Origin: Candidatus Hermodarchaeota archaeon
GTDB taxonomy: Archaea; Asgardarchaeota; Hermodarchaeia; Hermodarchaeales; Hermodarchaeaceae
Reading direction: 5' to 3'
Assembly: GCA_016840065.1 (NCBI GenBank)
Contig: JAEOTB010000037.1
Coordinates: forward strand, 67,886-131,885
Length of the DNA: 64,000 bases
The notes below the pieces were generated by a model, which worked only from the letters and a program-made list of their open reading frames with translations, had not been told where the DNA came from and made no database searches. The stretch's first letter is position 1; each line of letters starts with the position of its first letter. Shown here one piece after another: positions 1-11,000 of the stretch. Position numbers and translations under genes: made by a program.

Positions 1-609
1 CAGGAGGACGGAAAAGCAGTCGCCATTCCTCCCACTCTAGTGATTACTGCCGTAGGAATTATTCCAGATATCAGGAATGCCGTGACCATGGATGTCAAGG
101 AAGCAGGGAATCCACTTTACATTGTGGGTGAAACTTTTGATGAATTAGGTGGATCCCATTACTACGCAGTTCGTGGGTTTGTAGGTAATAACGTCCCTAC
201 TGTGAGGTTCAAGACTGCCAAGACGAACATGGACTCGTTGATTCTAGCGATAGATGCTGGGCTAGTTAAAGCATGTCATGATTGTTCTGAAGGTGGTATA
301 GGTATAGTAGCAGCGGAGATGGCGTTTGCAGGCGATTTAGGGATTCACCTAGAGCTGGGATCTGTTCCTTCAAAAATGACCCAGAATGATAAGATTCTCT
401 TTTCTGAATCCAACAGTAGATTCATTGTTGAGATTGCTGAAAGCCGCGCTACTGAATTTGAGGAACTGATGCATGGTGCAGTTTGCGTGAAAATCGGTAA
501 AGTCATAGATGCACAAAAGCTGGTAATAGATGGAGTTGATGGTGAGGTTATTGTTGAGGAGCCGCTCAACGCATTGAAAGAGGACTGGCAATCGACCTTT
601 AGGTGGTGA
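1..609 (+). CDS. purL: Phosphoribosylformylglycinamidine synthase subunit PurL, C-terminal part (5'-truncated)
   Basis: Frame open from base 1 (AIPPTLVITAVG). Motifs ACHDCSEGG and LFSESNSRF. Precedes purQ. Confidence 0.93.
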   Translation, partial: QEDGKAVAIPPTLVITAVGIIPDIRNAVTMDVKEAGNPLYIVGETFDELGGSHYYAVRGFVGNNVPTVRFKTAKTNMDSLILAIDAGLVKACHDCSEGGIGIVAAEMAFAGDLGIHLELGSVPSKMTQNDKILFSESNSRFIVEIAESRATEFEELMHGAVCVKIGKVIDAQKLVIDGVDGEVIVEEPLNALKEDWQSTFRW

Positions 610-610
610 A

Positions 611-1402
611 TTGGTGTTGACAGTAAAAACCATTGTTCTTCGAGTTGATGGAACCAACTGCGATGTTGAACTAGTGGAAGCGTTTCGTCAGGCTGGTGCA
701 CAAACAGAGCGAATTCATATCAACGAGTTAATTCGGGAGAAGTACTCTCTTGAGGAATATCACATTCTAGCTATTCCTGGAGGATTTTCTTATGGAGATT
801 ATGTGGCTGCAGGAAAGCTTCTTGCTAACGATTTGAAGTATCGTCTCCGCAAAGATGTGGAGCAGTTCATTGACCAATCTAAACCAATATTAGGAATTTG
901 TAACGGCTTTCAAGCACTAGTAAAGGCGGGGTTCTTACCTGCACTTGACGGACGACGTGAGCAGCAAGCAACCCTTGCGACCAATGATAAGGCCCTTTTC
1001 ATTGATCGTTGGATTTACCTCAAACACGAAAACCAGGGAACATGTATTTTCACTAAATCCTTGGATAACCAGTTATACGTGCCAGTTAATCATGGTGAAG
1101 GAAAATTCGTGATGAAGGAATCTGATATTCAGCGCTTAGAAGAAAGCGACCAGATAGTGTTTAGGTATGTGAATCCTAAAGGTGAACTTGCAGGATATCC
1201 ATGGAACCCAAATGGATCAGTCTCAAATATCGCAGGTATTTGTGATGAACACGGTACTATCCTCGGTTTGATGCCACATCCAGAGAAGTATATCCACAGA
1301 TATCAACATCCATTCTGGACCCGTCTGTCTGAATTAGAATTTAGTGGATGGCTTCCTCTCTTCAAGAACGCGGTTGATTATGCTAGGAGGCGTTTTCTTT
1401 GA
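611..1402 (+). CDS. purQ: FGAM synthase glutaminase subunit PurQ
   Basis: GTNCD, PGGFSYGD, LGICNGFQ, NPNGS, LMPHPE motifs. Confidence 0.96.
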   Translation: MVLTVKTIVLRVDGTNCDVELVEAFRQAGAQTERIHINELIREKYSLEEYHILAIPGGFSYGDYVAAGKLLANDLKYRLRKDVEQFIDQSKPILGICNGFQALVKAGFLPALDGRREQQATLATNDKALFIDRWIYLKHENQGTCIFTKSLDNQLYVPVNHGEGKFVMKESDIQRLEESDQIVFRYVNPKGELAGYPWNPNGSVSNIAGICDEHGTILGLMPHPEKYIHRYQHPFWTRLSELEFSGWLPLFKNAVDYARRRFL

Positions 1403-2301
1403 AAATTTTAGGACAATCTGCGAGCCTTGTTAGCAAGGGGAAGAATAAGGACATCTACTCTTTGGATAATGGGCGGTTAGGCTTTGTCTTCACAAGTCGT
1501 GTTTCCGCTTTTGACGGGGTTGTCGGCACAACTACCCCAAAACGAGGGGAACTACTCTGTGAGTGCTCAGCAATGATATTCTCCCTATTTGAGAAGTTAG
1601 ATATACCAACCCATCTGCTTCAATGGGGCTCCAATCAGATGATTGTGAAAAAACTTGTGCGCCTTCCTTTTGAGTTTATAGTGAGGAACGTTTTAATGGG
1701 TAGCGCATTCAAACGTTATTCTCGTGGGGAACTTGAATTACCTGAGGGAATGACTGGAATAGAATATGATGAGTTTCCCAAACCCTTCTTTGAGATAACG
1801 ACCAAACTAGAAAAGCAAGACCGGCTCGTCAGTGGAGAGGAGATTCCAATTATTGCAAGGAAACACTTACCGGGTTATCAAAGAGAAGTAATAGAGACAG
1901 TGATGAATAAAACCAAGGAAACAACAGAGAGAATTGGGTTCTTGTTGAACCGCGTATTTGCTGCAGCAGGCTTTGTCTTCATAGATGGGAAACTAGAGTA
2001 CGGGCTTGACGAGGATGGAAAACTATATGTCATCGACTCGTTTGGCCCAGATGAATTTCGCGCCTGTACTCCTAGCTCACTGGCTAGAACCTTGTTGAAT
2101 ATTCAAGACTCACCAGATTTCTACGACAAAGAATTCCTTCGCCGACAGCTCAGAGAAGCTCCAAAAGATGGAAGAGAGGAAGTTGTAGAACAGATTGCAG
2201 TAGAGCTTGAACTACGTTATGAGAGAATTACCTTAGCTCTTAGAGAAGTTATTAAGATGATTATCCAAACTCCCAAAGCACTCGAAAAACTCCAGCGGTG
2301 A
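1399..2301 (+). CDS. purC: SAICAR synthetase
   Basis: KGKNKDIY, RVSAFD, EFIVRN, DGKLEYG, PDEFR, YDKEFLR motifs. Confidence 0.9.
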   Translation: MKILGQSASLVSKGKNKDIYSLDNGRLGFVFTSRVSAFDGVVGTTTPKRGELLCECSAMIFSLFEKLDIPTHLLQWGSNQMIVKKLVRLPFEFIVRNVLMGSAFKRYSRGELELPEGMTGIEYDEFPKPFFEITTKLEKQDRLVSGEEIPIIARKHLPGYQREVIETVMNKTKETTERIGFLLNRVFAAAGFVFIDGKLEYGLDEDGKLYVIDSFGPDEFRACTPSSLARTLLNIQDSPDFYDKEFLRRQLREAPKDGREEVVEQIAVELELRYERITLALREVIKMIIQTPKALEKLQR

Positions 2302-2305
2302 TGTT

Positions 2306-3409
2306 ATGCCGATAAAGCGAGATGAAGTTCAAGAAATTGTGAGAAAATATCAGAAAGTTACAATTGGAGTATTGGGTTCGCATTCAGCAGAAGAAGTTGG
2401 GATGGCTGCTAAATCCGCTGGATTAGAGACGGTTGTAATTTGTCAAAAGGGGCGAGAAGCCCTTTACGCAGAATATAGTAAGCACCTGTTTGATCACATT
2501 ATCGTTTTAGACCAGTTCAAAGATATCCTTGATGTTCAAGAAAAACTCCGTGAGCTAAACACTATCTTTCTCCCCAACCGATCTTTCTCAGTGTATATAG
2601 GCTATGACAACATCGAAGACAAGTTCCTAGTCCCTATGTATGGAAATCGATTCATGCTACGTATCGAAGAACGAACCGTACAAAAGAACCAATACTGGCT
2701 ACTGGAAAAGGCTGGTATTAGAACACCTCAAGAATTCACAAGCCCTGATGAAATCGACCGCCTTGTTGTTGTAAAACTCCAGCGTAAGGAGGAAAGTGTT
2801 GAAAGGGCTTTCTTCTACCCTAGTTCGCCCGAGGAATATCACACTCAAGCAAAGGAACTTGTTGACAGTGGCTTTATCCGTGAAGAGGATCTCACTACAG
2901 CGAGAATTGAGGAATTCATAGTTGGTCCTAGGTTTCACGCTAACTTCATTGCCTACACTGTGCTACCAGGTTTCGATTTTGTCGGCTTTGAAGATAGAGT
3001 TCAATCAAACATCAGTGGCATTCTGGCCCTTCCTGCTAAGGAGCAATTGAAAATTGATGTGCCAGTAATAATTGAACCCATTGGACATTTCGGTCTGACA
3101 ATGAGAGAATCAAAGAAGCCATTAATCTATGAAGCAGGTAGGCGGTTCATCGAAGCATCAAGAAAATACTTCTCTCCCGGGATAATTGGACCCTTCTCTT
3201 TACAAGGCGCCGTACCTCAACCACCAGATTTTGTGGTTTTCGATGTGAGTCCACGAATACCAGGTTCTCCTTGCGTAGGACCCTCTTCGCCAGAGATGCA
3301 CAGATTATCTCTTAAATATAATATGGAGATACACTCACCGCTTGAACTCTGCATGATGGAAATCAATCAAGCACTGAAACTATCAAGGCTTACCGAGGTG
3401 GTCACGTGA
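2306..3409 (+). CDS. PurP-like ATP-grasp protein (DUF1246/DUF1297 paralogue)
   Basis: LGSHSA, PNRSF, GPFSLQGA, FDVSPRIPG. Tandem with purP. Confidence 0.85.
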   Translation: MPIKRDEVQEIVRKYQKVTIGVLGSHSAEEVGMAAKSAGLETVVICQKGREALYAEYSKHLFDHIIVLDQFKDILDVQEKLRELNTIFLPNRSFSVYIGYDNIEDKFLVPMYGNRFMLRIEERTVQKNQYWLLEKAGIRTPQEFTSPDEIDRLVVVKLQRKEESVERAFFYPSSPEEYHTQAKELVDSGFIREEDLTTARIEEFIVGPRFHANFIAYTVLPGFDFVGFEDRVQSNISGILALPAKEQLKIDVPVIIEPIGHFGLTMRESKKPLIYEAGRRFIEASRKYFSPGIIGPFSLQGAVPQPPDFVVFDVSPRIPGSPCVGPSSPEMHRLSLKYNMEIHSPLELCMMEINQALKLSRLTEVVT

Positions 3410-4485
3410 GTGAAGACCTGATTCAGAGCTATTCTACCAAGGATTTATCGATAGCTACAATATGCAGTCATACGGCTCTCCAAATTTTCCACGGAGCACG
3501 TCAAGAGGGGTTCAAGACCATTGGTATTTGTAGACCAGAACGAAAAGAACTCTATGAAGCATTCCCTTATGGCTCACCAGATGAATTCTTGCTAGTAGAT
3601 GATTTCTCCGAAATTTTGCAGTCAGAAATCCAGGACCGATTAATTGATGCTGGCGCGATAATGGTTCCTCACGGGTCTTTTGTCGAATATGTAGGACCTT
3701 CAAGAATCCTAGAGGACCTCCGTGTACCTACCTTTGGGAATAAAATGAGTTTGAATTGGGAGGGCAACCGTCATCAAGAGCTGAAGTGGCTTTCTGATGC
3801 CAAGCTACGCTTACCGAACAAATTTGAGCCCCACGAAATCGATAGACTTTGCATCGTTAAATTTCACGGCGCAAAAGGAGGGCGTGGATTCCTTCTAGTT
3901 TCTTCTGAGGAGGAATACCACCAACTTCTAGAGAAATCATTGAAGGAGGGGAAAATCAGCAGATTAGATGCAGACACAGCAGTGATACAAGAGTATGCGA
4001 TTGGGGTTCGGTGCTATGTGCATTATTTCTATTCATCAATATTAAATCGATTAGAGCTATTGAGTATGGACCAAAGGCTTGAGTCGAATATAGATGAATT
4101 ACATCGGATGGGCTCAACAAGGCAGGAATTAGCGAAGTTGGGTGTTGACCCGTCCTATGTTGTTATGGGCAATATACCTATGGTGCTTCGTGAAAGCTTG
4201 TTGCCAGAAGTGTTGGCTCTAGGAGAAAGAACAATAGAAAGTTCTCAGAAGCTCTTCTCTCCCGGTTTGACTGGCCCCTTCTGTTTAGAGATGATTTGCA
4301 CTCCAGAGTTGGAGTTCATAGTCTTTGAAATCTCAGCTCGAATAGTAGCTGGAACTAATCTATTTCCCTTAGGTTCTCCATACTCCTGCTACTTGTGGGG
4401 AGAAGCTATGTCTACAGGAAGACGAATTGCCTGGGAGATGAAAGAAGCTCAGCGTACAGAGAGATTAGGAGAAATCATTAGTTGA
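3406..4485 (+). CDS. purP: Formate-dependent FAICAR synthetase PurP
   Basis: SHTALQI, PHGSFVEY, GAKGGRG, LRESLL, FEISARIVAGTN motifs. Confidence 0.92.
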   Translation: MSEDLIQSYSTKDLSIATICSHTALQIFHGARQEGFKTIGICRPERKELYEAFPYGSPDEFLLVDDFSEILQSEIQDRLIDAGAIMVPHGSFVEYVGPSRILEDLRVPTFGNKMSLNWEGNRHQELKWLSDAKLRLPNKFEPHEIDRLCIVKFHGAKGGRGFLLVSSEEEYHQLLEKSLKEGKISRLDADTAVIQEYAIGVRCYVHYFYSSILNRLELLSMDQRLESNIDELHRMGSTRQELAKLGVDPSYVVMGNIPMVLRESLLPEVLALGERTIESSQKLFSPGLTGPFCLEMICTPELEFIVFEISARIVAGTNLFPLGSPYSCYLWGEAMSTGRRIAWEMKEAQRTERLGEIIS

Positions 4486-4495
4486 GGTTCCTGTA

Positions 4496-5941
4496 ATGAA
4501 AGTAAAAGAAGCGTGTGGCGTTGTTGGCATCAGTGCAGTTCCTCCGACCCGAGTTGCACCTCAAATGTATGTCGGTTTATTAGCCCTGCAGCATAGGGGT
4601 CAAGAGAGCAGCGGATTATGTACTGTTTCTGAAGAAGGGCTTGAGAGTCGGAGAAGAAAGGGACTTGTAAGCAAGTTCTCAGGTACAGAAATAGACCGTC
4701 GTAAGGGGTGGGCGGGGATTGGACATGTCAGGTATAGTACCACTGGTGCGGTTCGCCTTCGTGAAGCACAACCCTTCCTATTCTCTGCGGGAAACACACG
4801 GTTAGCTCTAGCATTCAATGGAACCATTGCAAATTATCGAGTGCTACGGAAAGAACTCAGACGGGAACGTTACAAATTCCTTACCTGTACTGACACAGAA
4901 ACAATTGCTCAGCTTTTCGCCGCAAAGCTAAGAAAGACAGGACATGACTACATCTCCTCCTTTGAGTCCTTAATGGAAGAGCTGATTGGCGGGTATTCGC
5001 TCGCAATATTAAATGAGAAAGGCGACCTTTTTGCAGTTCGTGATCCTTTTGGGTTTAAGCCGCTCTGTCTAGGCAGACTAAGCCAAGAGAGTTTTAGTGT
5101 TTCCTCAGAGAGCGTCGCGTTCGACACAATGAGTGGTCAACTTGTACGTGACGTGAAACCTGGTGAAGTTGTCAAGGTCAACCATGACAGCGTAGAAGGA
5201 GTTCAAATCCAGAAGGAGGAACGGCATGCTCACTGCATGTTCGAATATGTTTACTTCAGCCGCCCTGACTCAGTTATTGATGGACGCTCTGTTTATCAAG
5301 TTCGCCAAAGACTTGGAAGAAAATTAGCAAAGATCCACCCAGCAAAGGCGGACTTGATTATACCAGTACCTGACTCAGGGAGGGGGGCAGCCACTGGATT
5401 CTCTATTGAGAGCGGACTCCCAATCAGGGAAGGTTTGATGAAGAACCGATATATCGGTCGCACCTTTATTATGCCAACACAGGGATTCCGGGAATTTTCT
5501 GTAAAGCTAAAACTAAATCCTGTACGATCGGTTGTAGAAGGAAAGAACATAGTACTCGTTGATGACTCGATTGTTCGTGGCACAACAATCAAACATATTG
5601 TTCGGCTGCTAAGGAGTGTTGGTGCTAAGAGCATCCACTTACGAATCAGCTGTCCACCGATAATCATGCCATGTTACATGGGCATTGATTTCCCAACTAG
5701 GCGGGAACTCATTGCAGCAGACTATTCTGTTGAAGAAATATGTCAGTACATCGGTGCTGATTCACTCGGTTACATGAGCGTTGATGGACTAGCAGAAGCG
5801 ATTGAAATACCTAGAAATCAGCTTTGCCTTGCCTGCCTAACCGGTGATTATATCCTCCGAGAACGCCTAAAGGGACAATCTGTCGAGGCTCTAGAAACCG
5901 CCTTCTCAAGACGACTCCCATCACCTAGGCAAGAACCCTAG
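4496..5941 (+). CDS. purF: Amidophosphoribosyltransferase
   Basis: EACGVVG propeptide/Cys, LQHRGQE, GHVRYST, VDDSIVRGTT, Fe-S cysteines. Confidence 0.97.
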   Translation: MKVKEACGVVGISAVPPTRVAPQMYVGLLALQHRGQESSGLCTVSEEGLESRRRKGLVSKFSGTEIDRRKGWAGIGHVRYSTTGAVRLREAQPFLFSAGNTRLALAFNGTIANYRVLRKELRRERYKFLTCTDTETIAQLFAAKLRKTGHDYISSFESLMEELIGGYSLAILNEKGDLFAVRDPFGFKPLCLGRLSQESFSVSSESVAFDTMSGQLVRDVKPGEVVKVNHDSVEGVQIQKEERHAHCMFEYVYFSRPDSVIDGRSVYQVRQRLGRKLAKIHPAKADLIIPVPDSGRGAATGFSIESGLPIREGLMKNRYIGRTFIMPTQGFREFSVKLKLNPVRSVVEGKNIVLVDDSIVRGTTIKHIVRLLRSVGAKSIHLRISCPPIIMPCYMGIDFPTRRELIAADYSVEEICQYIGADSLGYMSVDGLAEAIEIPRNQLCLACLTGDYILRERLKGQSVEALETAFSRRLPSPRQEP

Positions 5942-6006
5942 TCTCAACTGATACTACAATTTTTCCGTTGTGAGAAGTAGCGCCTTTCCAATAGGAATTC
6001 GGATGA

Positions 6007-6315
6007 CTATTTTATTGAAATTTCTATGAAGACTTCTTCAGGAACACGGATTCGCATTATCTGACGCATGGTTCTTTCATCCGCTTCCAAGTCGATAAGG
6101 CGTTTGTGAATGCGCAGCTGCCAGCGATCCCAGGTTGGAGTTCCCTCCCCACAAGGTGATTTTCGGGTCTGCACCTTCATGATTTTAGTTGGTAAGGGAA
6201 TAGGACCAGACATGTGAACCCCAGTACGGCTGACAATGGCCTTCACTTGCTTACAAACGTCATTTAGCTTGCTAATATCCACACTTGACAGCCGAATACG
6301 CGCCTTTTGTACCAT
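6007..6315 (-). CDS. rps10: 30S ribosomal protein uS10
   Basis: [27 protein letters not shown]. Start taken at ATG 6315. Confidence 0.97.
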   Translation of the reverse strand: MVQKARIRLSSVDISKLNDVCKQVKAIVSRTGVHMSGPIPLPTKIMKVQTRKSPCGEGTPTWDRWQLRIHKRLIDLEADERTMRQIMRIRVPEEVFIEISIK

Positions 6316-6482
6316 CTTTATCAACACTTAGCTAACATTTCGCGTGATGACTTGCCATCGATAAAAAGGCTTCCATATAACTCTTTTTACCAAACACAAA
6401 AACGAAGTATTAGCAACAGCTAACACTGACATAAATCCGAAAAAAAGAGGAAGAAGAGACAAGTGCCCTAGAGCACTGTCCA

Positions 6483-7838
6483 CTACTTCTTTACTGTTAT
6501 CTTCTGTACTACTCCAACAGCCACTGTGCGACCACTATCACGAATCGCAAACCGACCCAGCTGCTTCATATCGGCAAACCGCTCTAACACAATTGGCTGC
6601 ACTGGACTGAACTTGACGATAGCTGATTCACCTTGTTTGATGAAGTCTGGCTTCTCCTCCACCGTCTCGCCAGTACGAGGATCAATCTTGCTGATAAGCT
6701 CAGTGAAAGTCGTTGCCATCTGGAGTGTGTGAGCGTGCATAACTGGTGTGTACCCAGCGGCTATGGCTCGTGGGTGATGGATTACGATTATTTGTCCAAC
6801 GAAATCTGTGATAACCTTGGGTGGGTCGCTGACATGACCCATGACATCACCACGTTGAACCTCGCCTTTTCCAATGCCACGAACATTGAAACCGATGTTG
6901 TCGCCCGGCTCAGCCTTCTGCATTTTCTCATGGTGCATCTCGATTGACTTGACTTCGCCCGTATGCCCAGAGGGCATGAAGATTACTTTATCGCCAACTT
7001 TCAAAACACCAGTTTCAACTCTACCAACGGGAACAGAGCCTACGCCAGTAATGGTGTAGCAGTCCTGGATTGGTACTCGCAATGGTGCTTTGAGTGGTTT
7101 CTCTGGCTGTACGAACTTGTCAAGAGCCTGGAGCAAGGTGGGACCTTTATACCAGGGCATGTTCTCACTAGCCTTATCCAGCCCATCTCCTGTCCAACCG
7201 CTGGTTGGGATGAAATCGACTTTGCTTGGATCGAATTGAGCACCCTGGAGCACTGAAGTGACTTCTGCCTTGATTTCCTCGTAGCGTTCTTGGCTCCAAG
7301 GAGGCGTAGAGTCGTCCATCTTGTTCACAGCAACAGCGACCTGCTCGATACCAAGGGTTCGGGCAAGGAATGCGTGCTCACGGGTCTGCCCGCCCGCACT
7401 GATTCCAGCTTCAAACTCACCCTTACGTGATGAAACGACAAGAATCGCCGCATCAGCCTGGCTGGCACCCGTAATCATGTGCAAGAATTAAGGAGCGTAC
7501 CCCTCAATTATTCTTGATGAAGTCCGCGTGCCCAGGAGCGTCAATCAGCGTGAAGTAGTGTTTTTGTGTCTCGAATTTTCGAAAAGCTAGATCGATTGTT
7601 AGCCCACGTTCTCGCTCTTCCTTCAAGCGATCCATTACTTACCCCTTCATATCGTGTGATATGAAGTGTAGGCGAACTTGAACGAGGCGTCTTTCGTTTC
7701 TGATGCTAGCTTTTCTAATTTGAGCATTTCTTGTTTCGTTAGCGCACCCGTGACATATACGAGGTGGCCCATTAGCGTTGATTTACCATGATCAACGTGA
7801 CCAATGATGATCAAGTTGATGTGTGGTTTAGTAGCCAT
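6483..7838 (-). CDS. tuf: Translation elongation factor EF-1alpha, interrupted by two BHB introns; join(7838..7668, 7638..7511, 7479..6483), 431 aa
   Basis: GHVDHGKST in exon 1. Exon 2 reads [42 protein letters not shown]. Exon 3 reads [10 protein letters not shown]...NKMD. Exon lengths 171+128+997=1296 nt form one intact frame. Confidence 0.95.
7480..7510 (-). other. BHB intron 2 in tuf mRNA (31 nt)
   Basis: UCAU-CAAG-AA|U-AAUUGAGGGG(UACG)CUCCUUAAUU-CUUG-CA|C-AUGA, a full hBHBh' motif. Removal gives DFIKN MITG. Confidence 0.92.
7639..7667 (-). other. BHB intron 1 in tuf mRNA (29 nt)
   Basis: GCCU-AC|A-CUUCAUAUC(ACAC)GAUAUGAAG-GGGU-AA|G. Removal gives FKFAY|VMDRLKEE. Confidence 0.9.
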
Positions 7839-7957
7839 TTCTTAATCTGCCTCTATTATTTTTTTCAACTATTTTTGGCTTGAACTTTTATCATACTTTA
7901 TTGTTGTATGATGTCTGCTTGACATCGGTTCAAGCTTTGGTCAAGTCGCTGTGGTTG

Positions 7958-7974
7958 CTATAAAACTCTTTTGG
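7958..7974 (-). promoter_or_regulatory. BRE/TATA promoter for tuf
   Basis: Minus strand reads CAAAAGAG-TTTTATAG about 120 nt upstream of the start. Similar AAGAG-TT(T/A)TATA motifs lie upstream of rps12 (about 22882-22895) and rps10 (about 6374-6388). Confidence 0.6.
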
Positions 7975-7977
7975 CAA
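7964..7977 (+). repeat. Left copy of 14-bp direct repeat AACTCTTTTGGCAA
   Basis: Exact match to 21683-21696. Confidence 0.7.
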
Positions 7978-8003
7978 AGTGTTTACTTATGTTTGTAGAG
8001 AAG

Positions 8004-11000
8004 TCAAAGTGGTAGGAGGGCTTGGAAGGGGGATAACATAGGTGCTACTGTGGCTACTAGCACGCCAAGTATTTGTCCAAGAAGATTACGGACGATTTGA
8101 CCCACTACTTGATTGAGAAGAACCTTAACCACTCCAGCAAGAGTGAGATTACAAACCATCTTCCCCACAGGGAGTAGAACGCTATACCAGAGCCAAACCA
8201 CACTATCACGAACAATTGGTGATAACACACTAAGTATCCATGTAGCTATGAGATGAGCAAAATCTGCTAGCGTAAAGAAAGGAAAGCCCAACGCTTGCAG
8301 ACTTGCCCCGAAGCCGGTGATAACTAAGCTTAGTAACCCCGTCGCCGATAAACTCGTAGCAGTAATACCCAAACTAAACACTGACCCGCTGATGTATTGG
8401 AGAACTATAGCGAAAATACTGAATACAACGCCAATAAGCCAACCATATTGTGTAAGTGTAGCGAGGAAGGTGTTGATAGTGAATGTTAAGAATATGAAAA
8501 GCGCTGTACCGATTGCGCTGAGAATCAATGGGAGCAAGCTGCTGAATAAACTAGTAAGACCACTCCCAGTTGAAGCCGAAGAAGTGGAGGCTAAACCCCC
8601 ACCAAGAGCCCGACTAGTTAAACTAACAACGGCAAAATTCTGTATCAAAACGAGAAGCGGCGCTAATGAAGTGTATCGAGCATCCATTGTATTAATGCCA
8701 AGACTTGTGAGGATACTCTGAATGGCAGTAGTGATAGTGATTGCTACTAGAAGGGCCTTCCAGCGGCTGGGATTAAGTAACTGCCGAACACGCTGTTTGA
8801 TTGTGAAAAACAGGTTCTTTGCATAATCCTTCAGCCTGTCTGTTAGCTGGTCGCGAGCGCGACCTGTAAGCATCTGTATGTAACTAGTTTCAAGAATAAT
8901 TTGGGAAGGAAACTTTTGGCGCACAAACCGATCGAAAACATAGAATCTGCTGTAATATCCCCCTTTGTAGGTGTTTCCCCCACGAGAGCCGTATTGCCAG
9001 CTATTCCCTAATGTTCTATCTAGATTCTCGAAGATTGCGGGCCATCCACCAGGGTTTCCCCATCGACCTGTTTGATCTTTACCATTGTAGATGAAGGAAA
9101 GTTTTCCCCATTCCTTGTATGTAGACCATATTTTCTCATCAATGGATAGACTTCTCACGGTTTTTCCTCTATCAATTTCCTGATCAGATTGTAGAGGAAC
9201 AGGGCAGATACGACCCACCCCAAGTACTGCACAGAAATAGATGAGGGTGTTCAAATCATCCCGAGTTACATCATCTAATCCATAACGCCATGTTCGATCA
9301 CGAGCAGAATTCTTTCTTGCCGTCCAAAACGACCACGTTAATCTATAGAGTTTATTCTCTCCAAATCCACGAGTTGTACGACGGAGCCCGTAATACTGAT
9401 TCAATAGTCCTACATGTCGGTATTTGACATGAGTGGGCTCCAGTTGCATCGTCACCCCAACTGGTCCAGCAGGCGTGTTAACCAATTGAGTACCAGTTAA
9501 AGCCAGAGTTGTCAGGCCCATTAGCGGGTCAATATGCCCTTCACGACACTCGAATTCTACGAGCCGAAGCCCACCTAACTGTGGTTCGTCTGGTTTGGGT
9601 GGCATTTCATCATTCTGTTGAGGTTTCAGAATGAACAAGTTCCATTTAGTTTTCATTACCACATCAAGACGTTGTTTCATCGAAAGTAGTACGCCTTGAA
9701 TGAATGGATTTAGTTCTTGAAGTGTCGGAGGGGCTGCGATGAATAATTGATTCTGATATTTCCTCTTTACCTCTTTGACGGCTTCGGTCTGGAAAAGAGG
9801 ACCTTCGTCACAAAGAATACCTCTAGGAACCCCAGCAATGCAGCTGTAAAATTCAGCAAAGAGTAGGTATTGTCCTCTAATAGTTTTAGTCGAGAAGCCC
9901 TCAATATCTCCTGGATAATGTGTGTGTATCTGGGCATTGTTTGGATTTAGTAAATCCCAAAGACACCAGAAACTCTTTCTCTTTGCTGAAACTCCAGTAA
10001 ATCCAGTTCGAGTGGGAATAAGAAATGTGGGTAGTTCAATCCACCTATTACTCCATGTAGGCGCTTGGCTTGGTTTGTATCGAGCAGTAATCGTGGGATT
10101 AAGTGGAAGAATGAGAATAGCACCTTGCTGATTCTTGATATGGTTGATAAGGCTAGTATCTTGCTGGGCTAGTTCTGCAGTATCAATGTTTGAACGGTCT
10201 GGTTTGAGTATGAGAGCATTCTTGATATGGGCGACAACTGCATCTGAGTGGACTGGAAGACCATGATTCCTTCGGGCTTCTTGGAAATCAGCGTTGTCAC
10301 TTATTCGATATATCACTTGGAAAGTGGAGTAGGTTTTCCCTTTGTGATGTGTGTAGGTAATGAAGTTGTCCCGGACAATTCCAAGGTTTTCTTCTTCAAA
10401 ATAAACACGTTTTGTACCTTGCCCTGGAGGCGCTAACGCCATACGCTCTTCGTAAACCGCTGATGCTTGCTGCCAGTAAAGCCCCTTCGCATACCTTCCA
10501 TCTCCTATGCCCGCCCAATGCCGAAAGATAAGAACTTCTGTTGTTAACTTAAGTGAGCCAATCACAGGAATAGGTGTGCTATTCAGAATCTCCTTTTCCA
10601 ACCCCCTAACCTGCGAGTCAATCATCACACCCTCCTCAACAAGTGTAGCCATTGCTGGTAAAATTTCTTGGATTTGGGGAATAAGGATACCAATCTCCTT
10701 AACCGTAGTCCAGTCTAATCCCTTCATCTTGTCCAGTGTTTTCCTGATAGTTCCTTGAATTTGTTCTTTCATTATGCCTATACGGCCACACTTCAACGCT
10801 TGATCCAAGATATTGACATACGGGAAAGTCTCTAGTGTTGTTGGGTAAATGGCTTCAGCACCATAGTCGGGAGTTGTGAAAGTACCTGAAGCTCCAGGTG
10901 GGGGAGGTGAGGTCTCATCCTCACCAAAAAGGAAAGCTTGCAGAAAAAACCCAATTACTGGCAACTCTAACAGCTTGCTTATCAGAAATTCAAGAGGTAC

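Noticed and set aside
6483-7838. tuf (and likewise dnaG) as frameshifted pseudogenes or sequencing errors
   Set aside because: The breaks are discrete 29-31 nt hairpin insertions whose BHB cut sites restore conserved motifs exactly. The exons show no other decay.
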